DNA of 64,000 nt from NCBI GenBank assembly GCA_017458105.1, contig JAFTGC010000005.1:47824-111823 (forward strand). Reading direction: 5' to 3'. Under the pieces are notes generated by a model. That model saw only the letters and a program-made list of their open reading frames with translations, had not been told where the DNA came from and ran no database searches. The stretch is from Ruminococcus sp. GTDB taxonomy: Bacteria > Bacillota > Clostridia > Oscillospirales > Acutalibacteraceae. Positions within the stretch are counted from its first letter, which is position 1, and the number at the start of each line of letters is the position of its first letter. Shown here piece by piece: positions 51,503 through 60,732 of the stretch. Position numbers and translations under genes: made by a program.

Positions 51503-53239
51503 TTACATTGAATCAGGGCAAGAGATGCTGAACATAGTCAGCACATTTTTGATAACCGTTTTAACGGCTATGCAAAGGTTTAACCTTGCCTGTGTTAAAA
51601 TTTCGTCCTCACCTTTGACTCTGCAAGCGTTATAGAACTTGTGGAACAAGGTTGCAAGTGTTGTAACATAGCGTGTTATTTTGGTTGGGTCGTAGTCTTT
51701 AGCCGCACTTATAATTTCTTCTTCAAATGAAGCCAGGTGACGAATAATGTTCTTTTCTTCGTCAGCAGAAAGTACCGCAAGTTCATCTTCAGTAAGACTG
51801 CGAGCGGTTATGCCGTCGTTTTTAAGTGCATTTATAATTGAACAAATTCTTGCGTGAGCATACTGAACATAATAAACCGGGTTCTGGTTGTCCTGTTTAA
51901 CTGCAAGGTCTAAGTCAAAGTCCATCTGAGTGTTAGCTTCCCTTGTGTTGAAAAGAAATCTAGCTGAATCAACAGGAACTTCGTCCAACAGGTCGGCAAG
52001 CTGAATGGCTTTGCCCGTGCGTTTGCTCATCTTAACCGGTTTTCCGTCACGGACCAGTTTTACAAGCTGCATAAGCACAACATCAAGCTTGCTGCCGTCA
52101 TAGCCTATAGCGTCCATTGCACCTTTCATTCTCATAACATGACCGTGGTGGTCTGCACCCCAAATATCAATGAGTGTTTTGTAACCTCTGTCAAATTTAT
52201 TTTTGTGGTATGCAATATCGGCGGTAAAATATGTAGGATTACCGTTTTGGCGGATAAGAACATCGTCCTTTAGCTCAAGTTTGTTTATGTAGTCCTGACT
52301 TTTGCCTTCGGCAAGCAGTTTTTCTGTTATAACCTGAGCGTTTTTGTACCAGACTGCACCCTCTTTTTCGTATGTAAGCCCCTTTTCTGTTAGGATGTCA
52401 ACTACCTCTCTTACAGCACCGCTGTTGTGAAGCTCGCTTTCAAAAAACCATTTGTCGTAATTTATTTTGTACTTTGCCATATCATCCTGCATCTTTTTGA
52501 TGTTTCTCGGAAGAGCAAAGTCAACCAGAGCTTTCTTTCTTTCCTCTGACGGAAGATTTAGGAGCTTGTCGCCGTTTTCGTTGTTGTAAAGGTTTGCAAG
52601 GTCGGTGATGTCGCTGCCCTGATAGCCGTCCTCAGGAAAAACTACGGAAGAATCGTAAATCTGCAAATACCTTGCCTCAAGCGAGCAGGCAAATTTTTCT
52701 ATCTGATTGCCCGCATCGTTCACATAGAATTCTCTCCATACATCATATCCTGCTTTGTCAAGAACTGCAGCAAGGCAGTCACCCAATGCACCCCCACGGG
52801 CGTTGCCCATGTGCATAGGGCCTGTAGGGTTGGCTGACACAAACTCAACCATAACCTTTTCTTTATTGCCAAAGCTGCTTGTGCCGAAGTTTTCTTTTTC
52901 AGTTTCAACTTCTTTTAATACCTTTGAGTAGTAGGAGGGAGAGAGAAAAAAGTTAATGAAGCCCGGACCGGCGGTTTCGAGTTTTGTAAAAAGTGTGCCG
53001 TCAAGCTCTGCGTATTCATTGATAGCCTGAGCGATTTTAAAAGGAGGCATTCTAAAGTTTTTTGCCGAAACCATAGCCGCATTAGTAGCTAAATCGCCGT
53101 GAGCTTTATCAGCAGGTTCTTCAATTATAAAATCAGGGATTTCTCCCTTTGGCAGTTTACCTTCGTCCACTGCTTTACTTATAGCGTTGGCTATTATTTT
53201 TTTTGCCTGTTGTTTAGCAAGATAAGCTGTTTTAGACAT
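51503..53239 (-). CDS. argS: Arginine--tRNA ligase
   Basis: AGPGFINF, SANPTGPMHMGN, WGADH, KMSKR, YVQYAHAR. Confidence 0.98.
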   Translation of the reverse strand: MSKTAYLAKQQAKKIIANAISKAVDEGKLPKGEIPDFIIEEPADKAHGDLATNAAMVSAKNFRMPPFKIAQAINEYAELDGTLFTKLETAGPGFINFFLSPSYYSKVLKEVETEKENFGTSSFGNKEKVMVEFVSANPTGPMHMGNARGGALGDCLAAVLDKAGYDVWREFYVNDAGNQIEKFACSLEARYLQIYDSSVVFPEDGYQGSDITDLANLYNNENGDKLLNLPSEERKKALVDFALPRNIKKMQDDMAKYKINYDKWFFESELHNSGAVREVVDILTEKGLTYEKEGAVWYKNAQVITEKLLAEGKSQDYINKLELKDDVLIRQNGNPTYFTADIAYHKNKFDRGYKTLIDIWGADHHGHVMRMKGAMDAIGYDGSKLDVVLMQLVKLVRDGKPVKMSKRTGKAIQLADLLDEVPVDSARFLFNTREANTQMDFDLDLAVKQDNQNPVYYVQYAHARICSIINALKNDGITARSLTEDELAVLSADEEKNIIRHLASFEEEIISAAKDYDPTKITRYVTTLATLFHKFYNACRVKGEDEILTQARLNLCIAVKTVIKNVLTMFSISCPDSM

Positions 53240-53240
53240 A

Positions 53241-53675
53241 TTAATTTTCCTTTACTGTAATAATAAATCGGTTTTCGCTGATAAGCTGAGCTCCGTGCAA
53301 AAGGTTGTAAACAACCTCAAGTTTACCGCCGGTTTCGCCCAGTTTGTCATTTATTGCCGTACACATCACGCTGAAAACAACACTGCCCATCGGCGTTTTG
53401 TACTGGCTTTGATGAATTTTATGTTTTTCAAGAAAAAGTTTTGAAGTATATTTACTCTGTCTTGTTACAGAAACTTTTTCGTCTGAAACCACCTTGACTG
53501 TTGTCAGCAAAAAGTCATCCTTTGTTATGGCTTCTTCAGTATATTCTTTGTACTGTATGATTTTTACCCCGTCCTCACCAATGCTGTATTCGGCAGGGGC
53601 GGTAAAGGTCATTTCTTCGTTTTCTCCGTTGACTGTTTGCGAAGCATTCAGAGTAATAAGATATTTATTTTTCAT
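53241..53675 (-). CDS. DUF1934 family protein
   Basis: Y.TP.G motif; conserved position next to argS. Confidence 0.85.
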   Translation of the reverse strand: MKNKYLITLNASQTVNGENEEMTFTAPAEYSIGEDGVKIIQYKEYTEEAITKDDFLLTTVKVVSDEKVSVTRQSKYTSKLFLEKHKIHQSQYKTPMGSVVFSVMCTAINDKLGETGGKLEVVYNLLHGAQLISENRFIITVKEN

Positions 53676-54487
53676 TAATATTCCTCAATATCAATCTGTG
53701 TTACCGAGTCATCTATTTTTCTGCCCAAGAAAATAGATGCAACCCGTTCAAAGCCGTCCGGTGTGTCGCTCACAAAAAATTTACAGTTTCCGCTGTTGTT
53801 GTCCTCGGTGAGCAAACCCTCACGGCGGAGCACTTTTTTTGTATAGTAAGCTGTTTCCATTCCGCTGTCTATTAAAGTGACATTGCTCCCCATAACATAC
53901 TGTATTGCTTCACGCAAAATAGGGTAGTGTGTGCAGCCCAAAATAAGGGTATCAACATCATTTTCTTTGAGTTTATTTAAGTAGCGTTCTATAGTAAGTA
54001 TAACCAAAGGGTCGGTGCGGTCAATAAATCCGTTCTCAACAAGCGGGACAAACAGCGGACAGTCCTGTTCAAAAACCCTTATGTCGGGGTTTTCTTCCTG
54101 CAGCCGTCTTTTGTAGCTGTGGCTTGATATGGTTGCACTTGTGCCGATAACACCCACACGGTTGTTTTTGGTTGTTCTCACAGCGGTGTAAACAGTAGGG
54201 TTTACAACTCCTGTGTACGGTACCCCGATATTGTCGTGTAAATCACCGGCAACTGACGAAACCGTACCACAGGCGGCAATTACCATTTTTACATTGTTTT
54301 TAAGCAAAAATCTTGCATCCTGCAGGGCATACTTTTTGATAGTATCATTGCTTCGGTTTCCGTAAGGAACACGCCCGGTGTCGCCAAAATAAATTATATT
54401 TTCCTCGGGAAGAACTTTAAGAAGTTGTTTAACAGCCGTTAAGCCTCCAAGCCCGGAGTCAAAAACACCTATTGCTTTTTTTTCCAT
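53675..54487 (-). CDS. murI: Glutamate racemase
   Basis: FDSGLGGL, PYG, ACGT, LGCTHYP. Confidence 0.97.
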   Translation of the reverse strand: MEKKAIGVFDSGLGGLTAVKQLLKVLPEENIIYFGDTGRVPYGNRSNDTIKKYALQDARFLLKNNVKMVIAACGTVSSVAGDLHDNIGVPYTGVVNPTVYTAVRTTKNNRVGVIGTSATISSHSYKRRLQEENPDIRVFEQDCPLFVPLVENGFIDRTDPLVILTIERYLNKLKENDVDTLILGCTHYPILREAIQYVMGSNVTLIDSGMETAYYTKKVLRREGLLTEDNNSGNCKFFVSDTPDGFERVASIFLGRKIDDSVTQIDIEEY

Positions 54488-54583
54488 ACTAAAATCTCCA
54501 AATCACGGGAAAGTCCCTTTGAATTTGTAGTTTGTGGAAATACCGAACAATATCTACTCGGTGTCACTCCCACATACTCCGTT

Positions 54584-54612
54584 ATTCTATCACATAATAT
54601 GCCAATTTTCAA
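54584..54612 (-). promoter_or_regulatory. SigA promoter of murI operon
   Basis: Minus strand TTGAAA-17-TAGAAT with TG. Confidence 0.75.
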
Positions 54613-54642
54613 GTGAGTTTAAGTACGATAATCAAAAACCTT

Positions 54643-54671
54643 TTGACAAATGTTGCCTGTCAATGTATAAT
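54643..54671 (+). promoter_or_regulatory. Perfect consensus SigA promoter
   Basis: TTGACA-17-TATAAT. Confidence 0.85.
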
Positions 54672-54707
54672 ACAATGGATATAGACTGTATGAAATGGAG
54701 TAATTCT

Positions 54708-56318
54708 ATGAAATATGTAGCTATTAAACTATGGAATTATATTGAGGGGATAAATGGGTTGTTACTAATAGTTTATTCGATCTTTATTTTCTCCACAGCC
54801 GTAATTACCAGTGAGCATTTTTCTATCTATTATTTATCGGTTGCATTATTAATTATGGTGACGTTATCGATAATAATTTGCCCGATAGTAATTAGGAGAT
54901 TATCCAAATTAAATATTCAAAATGATAAATTAAATAATGAAAATGGAAAAGCGAATCTTATCTTTATTAGAATTCTTTTCTTTGTGATTCCTCTTTTCTT
55001 TTTTTTAATCTACTACTTTGCGTACTATCCAGGAGGATTTTCAAATGATTCTATTAGCCAATATACTCAAGCTATAAATGATAGTTATAATGATTGGCAT
55101 CCAGTTATACAAACACTTCTTGCTTTCAAATTGCCATTGACACTTACTGGTGGTTGGATTGGCTCGATAACATTGTTTCAAATTATTTGTTTTTCTGCAG
55201 TATTAAGTTATTCATTTAATACTATATTAAAACAGACAAATCTGAAATATACGATTATATCGATGTCTTTTGTTTTATTTAACCCACAATTAGGATATAT
55301 TGCGATGTATCCGTGGAAGGATGTTTCATTTTCCATTGGAGCTTTATTATTAATCACATATGCACTACAAATCTGTGTAACAAAAGGAAAATGGATAAAA
55401 TCTCCTGTAAATACTGTTCTATTTATTATTACAACAGTACTGACAACATTATTTAGACATAACGCTGTGTTTTTTACAATTCCTCTGATTTTTGCAGTTC
55501 TTTTTTATCTAACGAAGAAAAGAGGATTAATCGTATGTTTGAGTATAATAGGGCTTTTTATTGTCATAAAAATGCCGTTATACTCTGTTATAAATGTAGA
55601 AAATCCTGGCAATAGACAGGTTGAAACATTAGGATTACCGATGAACATTATTGGTGCAGTTGTTACATATAAGCCAGAAACATTAGATAACGAAACAAGA
55701 GAATTTGCATATAAGATAGCTCCTAAAGAAGTTTGGGAAGAAAAATACAAATTCGGCTCCTATAATGATGTCAAATGGGATGATAAAACAAACAATGATG
55801 TCATCGAAGAGTATGGAAGTTCGAAAGTTATTTCTATGATGTTAAGATGTTTCAAGAATTCTAAAGGTGTTGCGTTAACTTCTTTGATTAAACTAACAGA
55901 AGCTTCTTATACGGTTTCCGACAAATATAATTCTATTATAAGACCGGGAGTAGAAACTAATGAATTCAACATTGCTCAGGGAGGAAATGATAGGATCAAG
56001 GAATTATTGAAAGGTTACAGTGACTTTGTTTCGGAGAGTTTCCCACATTTATTTATGTACTTAGGTGTAATGCACTTAATATTGATTGCATCTATTCTGT
56101 CTAAATACAAATTGAATAAACTGCGCGATTGGAAAAAGATGTTATTTATATTGCCAATATTTGTTTACAATTATGGAACAACTTTTCTTTTAACAGGAAT
56201 AGATGATACTACAAGATTCTTTTATTATACTTTCCTGTTAATTCCTACATTATTAGTTTTTTTGTTTAGCAAAACTCAAACGAGTCCATATAAATCAGCG
56301 AAGGAAAAATGCAAATGA
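54708..56318 (+). CDS. Polytopic GT-C-like membrane protein (DUF6020-like)
   Basis: YYPG...DS..Q...DWHP, WKD, R.N, RF motifs; many TMs; ATG 54708 after GGAG; AT-rich. Confidence 0.7.
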   Translation: MKYVAIKLWNYIEGINGLLLIVYSIFIFSTAVITSEHFSIYYLSVALLIMVTLSIIICPIVIRRLSKLNIQNDKLNNENGKANLIFIRILFFVIPLFFFLIYYFAYYPGGFSNDSISQYTQAINDSYNDWHPVIQTLLAFKLPLTLTGGWIGSITLFQIICFSAVLSYSFNTILKQTNLKYTIISMSFVLFNPQLGYIAMYPWKDVSFSIGALLLITYALQICVTKGKWIKSPVNTVLFIITTVLTTLFRHNAVFFTIPLIFAVLFYLTKKRGLIVCLSIIGLFIVIKMPLYSVINVENPGNRQVETLGLPMNIIGAVVTYKPETLDNETREFAYKIAPKEVWEEKYKFGSYNDVKWDDKTNNDVIEEYGSSKVISMMLRCFKNSKGVALTSLIKLTEASYTVSDKYNSIIRPGVETNEFNIAQGGNDRIKELLKGYSDFVSESFPHLFMYLGVMHLILIASILSKYKLNKLRDWKKMLFILPIFVYNYGTTFLLTGIDDTTRFFYYTFLLIPTLLVFLFSKTQTSPYKSAKEKCK

Positions 56319-56348
56319 ATGATTAGCACAAAGTAAAGAGTTATAGCA

Positions 56349-56537
56349 ATGAAAAATATATCTATAATATCGTTACTGAATGTTCTTGCTTGCATTTCAG
56401 TGGTTATTTTACACGCAAACGGTAGTTTTTGGAGTTTTAGAAGTGATAACTCTTGGGCAATAAACAATATAATTGAATGTATATTTTATTTTGCAGTTCC
56501 GGTATTCTTTATGATCACTAAGGAGAAAATATTATGA
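56349..56537 (+). pseudogene. Truncated acyltransferase-3 (O-acetyltransferase) fragment
   Basis: ISLLNVLACISVVILH...AVPVFFMI is the AT3 N-terminus; it breaks off into the next gene's RBS. Confidence 0.8.
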
Positions 56538-58084
56538 AAAAAGTATTAGTTATTGGAGCAGGTCCTGCGGGACTGACAGCAGCTTATGAGCTACTTGATA
56601 AATCAAACGACTATGAAGTTATCGTTTTCGAAGAAAGTGATTGTTTTGGCGGTATTTCTCGAACGGTAAATTACAAAGGCAATCGAATGGATATGGGCGG
56701 TCACCGTTTTTTCTCAAAGGTACTTGAAGTAAATGAGTGGTGGGAAAAAATGCTTCCTACTCAGGGTGCAATGCCTTTTGATGATGTTGTTTTGCATAGA
56801 ACTTCAACAATTGTTCCTAACGGACCGAATCCTGAAACAACTGATCGAGTAATGCTAAGACGAAACAGACTGTCAAGAATCTTTTTTAATAGCAAGTTTT
56901 TTGACTATCCTGTTTCACTTAAATTCGAAACCATCAAGAATATGGGATTTGGCACAACAATCGTGGTAGGGTTCAGTTATTTAAAAACGATTTTTCATAA
57001 GCGCCAAGAGAATTCCTTAGAGGATTTTTATATAAATCGCTTTGGTAAAAAACTCTATTCCATGTTCTTTGAAAACTATACAGAAAACCTTTGGGGCAGA
57101 CATCCAAGTGAGATTTCTCCCGAATGGGGAGCTCAGCGTGTTAAAGGTTTGTCTATTAAAGCTGTATTAAAAGATATATTCGGAAAAATTTTTAACAAAA
57201 AGAATCGCAAGGTAGAGACATCATTAATTGAGGAATTTGCTTATCCGAAGCTTGGTCCCGGACAGCTTTGGGATTTGACGGCTACTGATTTTAAGAAAAT
57301 GGGTGGTAAAATAATCAAAAACGCAAAGGTAATTAATATAATTAAAGATAATAAAAATGTAGTGACAGGTATTATCTATGAGAAAGCCGGTCAAAAAATA
57401 ACGGTTGAAGGTGATTATGTCATTTCATCAATGCCTGTAAAAGACTTGGTAATGGGAATGAACAGTGTACCCGAACGGTATAAAAAGATTGCCAAAGGAC
57501 TTCCTTACCGTGATTATATGACAGTAGGTGTTCTTATCCCTCATCTTAACTTAAAAAATGAAACAAAAACCAAAACCATTGGAAATATTGTTCCAGATAA
57601 TTGGGTTTATGTTCATGACAGAAATGTGAAGATGGGACGTTTCCAAATTTATAACAACTGGTCACCTTACATGGTTAAAGATATAGAACACAGCATATGG
57701 ATCGGTCTCGAATACTTTTGTGATGAAGGGGATTCTATGTGGTCAATGACAGATGCTGATTTTGCTCAAATGGCAATCAAAGAAATGGTTACTATGGGTT
57801 TAATTAATGACGAAAAAGTAGTAATAGATTCTCATGTTGAACGAGTTAAAAAGGCGTATCCTGCTTACTTCGATACATATGAACATATGGATGAGCTGAG
57901 AAACTATTTAAATACTATTCCCAATCTGTTTTGCGTAGGGCGAAACGGTCAGCATAGATACAATAATATTGATCATAGTATGTGTACCTCTTTTGAAACG
58001 GTAAAAAACATTCTTTCGGGTATTACAAGTAAGGATAACATTTGGAATGTCAATACCGAAAAAGATTATCACGAAGAAAAGTAG
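56534..58084 (+). CDS. FAD-dependent oxidoreductase, UDP-galactopyranose mutase-like fold
   Basis: [47 protein letters not shown]. Confidence 0.8.
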   Translation: MKKVLVIGAGPAGLTAAYELLDKSNDYEVIVFEESDCFGGISRTVNYKGNRMDMGGHRFFSKVLEVNEWWEKMLPTQGAMPFDDVVLHRTSTIVPNGPNPETTDRVMLRRNRLSRIFFNSKFFDYPVSLKFETIKNMGFGTTIVVGFSYLKTIFHKRQENSLEDFYINRFGKKLYSMFFENYTENLWGRHPSEISPEWGAQRVKGLSIKAVLKDIFGKIFNKKNRKVETSLIEEFAYPKLGPGQLWDLTATDFKKMGGKIIKNAKVINIIKDNKNVVTGIIYEKAGQKITVEGDYVISSMPVKDLVMGMNSVPERYKKIAKGLPYRDYMTVGVLIPHLNLKNETKTKTIGNIVPDNWVYVHDRNVKMGRFQIYNNWSPYMVKDIEHSIWIGLEYFCDEGDSMWSMTDADFAQMAIKEMVTMGLINDEKVVIDSHVERVKKAYPAYFDTYEHMDELRNYLNTIPNLFCVGRNGQHRYNNIDHSMCTSFETVKNILSGITSKDNIWNVNTEKDYHEEK

Positions 58085-58089
58085 GATAG

Positions 58090-58563
58090 TTGAGTATGAA
58101 AGAATTTTTTGAATTACTGAAAAAATTTGATTTAAAAGGAATCTTCATTACTCCCACAAAAAACGGTTTTTTGCAGTTCTTTCGATATGTATTTGTAGGT
58201 GGAATTGCTACTGTTGTTGATTGGGGTGTACTTTTTCTCTCAACCGATTTTTTTCATATTTATCATATGGTTTCGACCATAATAGCGTTTATTGCTGGAC
58301 TTATAACAAATTTTTTGCTATCAAAACTTATTGTATTTAAAGCAAACGAAGCGAGAGTGAATGCTGCTATGGAATTCGTGAGTTATACAGTTATTGGTGT
58401 TATAGGATTAGTAATTACAGAGATTATTATGTTTCTGTTTACAAACTGTTGGAGTCTATATTATATGTTGTCAAAAGTTATTGCTACAATAATTGTTTTA
58501 GTTTGGAATTATACTGCTAGAAAACTTATAATTTACAAAAATGATAATGATATTGTAAAATAA
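58090..58563 (+). CDS. GtrA-family flippase-like protein
   Basis: QFFRYVFVGG.AT.VD, NF..S...VF, K..AT......NY; 4 TMs. Confidence 0.9.
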   Translation: MSMKEFFELLKKFDLKGIFITPTKNGFLQFFRYVFVGGIATVVDWGVLFLSTDFFHIYHMVSTIIAFIAGLITNFLLSKLIVFKANEARVNAAMEFVSYTVIGVIGLVITEIIMFLFTNCWSLYYMLSKVIATIIVLVWNYTARKLIIYKNDNDIVK

Positions 58564-58624
58564 ATTTGAGTCTATCAAATTATTTCCATAATTAAAAAAT
58601 TACACTAGCTAAGCTGATGGCGAC

Positions 58625-59449
58625 CTGTTTATTGGCCTTAAAAAGAGAATATCGCAAATATTGAGAATCAATCGTATTAATATGAGATTCTATTTCTTGA
58701 ATTTTAGTATCAAGCTCTCTGATGAGCTTAATGGTATGCTTCAGCTCTAATGATTTGGTAGACATATCATTAGAATCGATGGATGTTCTTGTAGTGCTGC
58801 GTAATTTTTTAGCTTTATCTTTTACATAGTGACCTTTGAAAGCGTATAAAAGGAGATTTGTCAGCTTGGTGAGATGAACAGAAGCAATTTTATGACGGAT
58901 ATTGGTTTAATAATTCGTAAACAGATACCCAATGAAGCTTAAGAACCAGTTTTTCAAGCTCAGAAAATAGTATATTGACCGGTCTTTCGATAGAGGTTTT
59001 GAACTTGGGGTGTTTCTTAACTTTATCAAATCTGTATCTTGTTAGTGACTTCAGCTTTTCATTGTGGTATAATGTGTTTTAGTAGGACTTTAAGTTAATG
59101 TCGGATAACAGCATAGCTGCAATGGTACGAGCATCTGCCTTATCCGTTTTCGTCATTCTAAGGCTTAGACTTTTTCTGTAAAGATTGGTATGTAACTAAT
59201 TGATAACATAGGTAGGGAAACCTTTATCTAAGATATAGCCTAGAATATTGTAGCTGTAGTGTTACATGGCTTTGAGTCCTAATTTTATTTTTGTAAAATC
59301 ATCAGCTATGGAACACATCTTTTCGTAAAGGCTGTCAAAACTCTCTCGGTTGTTCTGAATCACAAAGGAGTTGAACAACACTTCACTCTCAGCGTTCATA
59401 ATAAAGCAATCATGTTGTTCTTTGTAACATCAATTCCAAAACAAATCAT
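58625..59449 (-). pseudogene. IS110-family DEDD recombinase pseudogene
   Basis: Manual translation MICFGIDV.../HDCFI...GLKAM*HYS...KTDKADARTIA...KSLELKHTIKLI...YLRYSLF; frameshifts, several stops, E-to-K in DEDD, deletion of the Tnp serine region. Confidence 0.9.
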
Positions 59450-59494
59450 ACGAATATCTATTTTTAGTGGTTTTGATACTGCTTAGATCCACAA

Positions 59495-59682
59495 TACTCT
59501 TTGCGATTGTAACCTTATTTAACATGAACCGTCATGCGGTATCTAGCTGATTAACAACTGTACAAAGAGTACACTGTGGTTAGAGCCTTCCTATAACCGT
59601 ATTGCGGTAGGATGATGAAACCAATCCACAGTATCTCTAACAGCATATCATATAGTCCTTGGAGAGGGACTCTAATAACTAC
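59495..59682 (-). ncRNA. Putative IS110 bridge RNA
   Basis: 5' hairpin (59654-59671), stem ACTGTGG/CCACAGT with internal loop (59573-59632), stem TACTCTTTG/CAAAGAGTA with internal loop (59495-59571); loop guide matches flank 8/9; ends approximate. Confidence 0.75.
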
Positions 59683-59709
59683 TACTCTATAATGCAAGGA
59701 TGATTACCT

Positions 59710-60525
59710 TTGGCAGAAGCAAATATTTTAAATAAAGCATTTGACGGCATTTGCCTTAAAGTTGAAAAAGCACTTTCCCAACAGGGATTTGCAAGGCAGA
59801 ATGTTTCCTCCGATAATAACAGCGACCGTGTTGCACTTTTTACAAATGATGCAGTGGCTTACTCGGTTTATTTTAACAGCGAAAAACATCATATGATGCT
59901 CCGCTCATGTGCAATGACAGAGGACGGTCCGGATAATGAGTGGAAAAACCTCGCAACATGGCTCTTTGATCCGCAAACCGATAAACTAAGCGATGCCGAC
60001 TCAATCGGCAAAGATTTTTCGGCAATGCTTGAGGGAGAAAGCCAGATAAAAAAAGTTCAGCAGGCAAAGAAAAAGAAGAAGAAAAGAAAGGACGACGGCA
60101 ACGCCGACCCTGAGTTTCTTGCAAAGCGATTTGTAACATTTTTTCCTGAACTTAAAGATGAAATCACCGAAGAGGTAAATAATTATTATCCGTTTCGGGG
60201 TGTAACTTTTACAAAGAAATCAATCCTGCCAAAACTTTCAGGTTATGTTAAAACAGCAAATAAAAAGCAGCTTGAAAAGCTGGGTCAGCTTCTCAGCCGT
60301 CAATACTCAAACGGCGACATAGACACAAGATCGATCATTACAATTGTAATAATCAACTCTTTCTCTGAGGGTGATTACAATAAGCTTTATGATTATTTTG
60401 ATGAAGATTTGCAAAAGGCTTCAAAGGCTGCAAGAAAATACATAGGCAAAACTGTGAAGCCAGAGAAGATTCAAAAGAAAAAACGCTCTTTTGTTGCAGA
60501 TACACTCAGGGATATGCAAAAATAA
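59710..60525 (+). CDS. Hypothetical protein
   Basis: 271-aa ORF with backbone-like composition; TTG start 9 nt after AAGGA; central Lys-rich linker. Confidence 0.75.
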   Translation: MAEANILNKAFDGICLKVEKALSQQGFARQNVSSDNNSDRVALFTNDAVAYSVYFNSEKHHMMLRSCAMTEDGPDNEWKNLATWLFDPQTDKLSDADSIGKDFSAMLEGESQIKKVQQAKKKKKKRKDDGNADPEFLAKRFVTFFPELKDEITEEVNNYYPFRGVTFTKKSILPKLSGYVKTANKKQLEKLGQLLSRQYSNGDIDTRSIITIVIINSFSEGDYNKLYDYFDEDLQKASKAARKYIGKTVKPEKIQKKKRSFVADTLRDMQK

Positions 60526-60611
60526 TCAGCTAAAACTGACAAAATAATAAGTCTGGGTTTGTGTAGCTTGCATAAACCGTCGAGGTGTTTCAAAAAATTT
60601 ACCAAAGTCTG

Positions 60612-60641
60612 TTGACAAACAAAAAAGGCTTGTGGTATAAT
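60612..60641 (+). promoter_or_regulatory. SigA promoter of rpmG-secE-nusG
   Basis: TTGACA-18-TATAAT with TG. Confidence 0.8.
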
Positions 60642-60732
60642 TTAAGAACCTCGAAAAAGGGGCTTATTTTTTTTATGCCCTTTTGAGGGAGGCTAATAAT
60701 TATTCTTTGAAGAATAACAGGAGGTGCCGTTA

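Larger units (their letters stand above)
58625..59696 (-). mobile_element. Decayed IS110-family element (left end recognisable, right end not found)
   Basis: Recombinase remnant plus about 250 nt upstream non-coding end starting CT|TGCATTAT; no terminal inverted repeats. Confidence 0.8.

Noticed and set aside
58602-58612. TTAGCTAGTGT (minus strand) as the IS110 right end, sharing AGCTAG with the donor-loop region
   Set aside because: No CT core, no -35 box, and the adjacent flank does not match either candidate right target guide; a 6-nt match may be chance
59688-59693. TATAAT in the IS left end as an outward promoter for the 59710 gene
   Set aside because: No -35 or TG extension at correct spacing, and the start site would fall within the RBS
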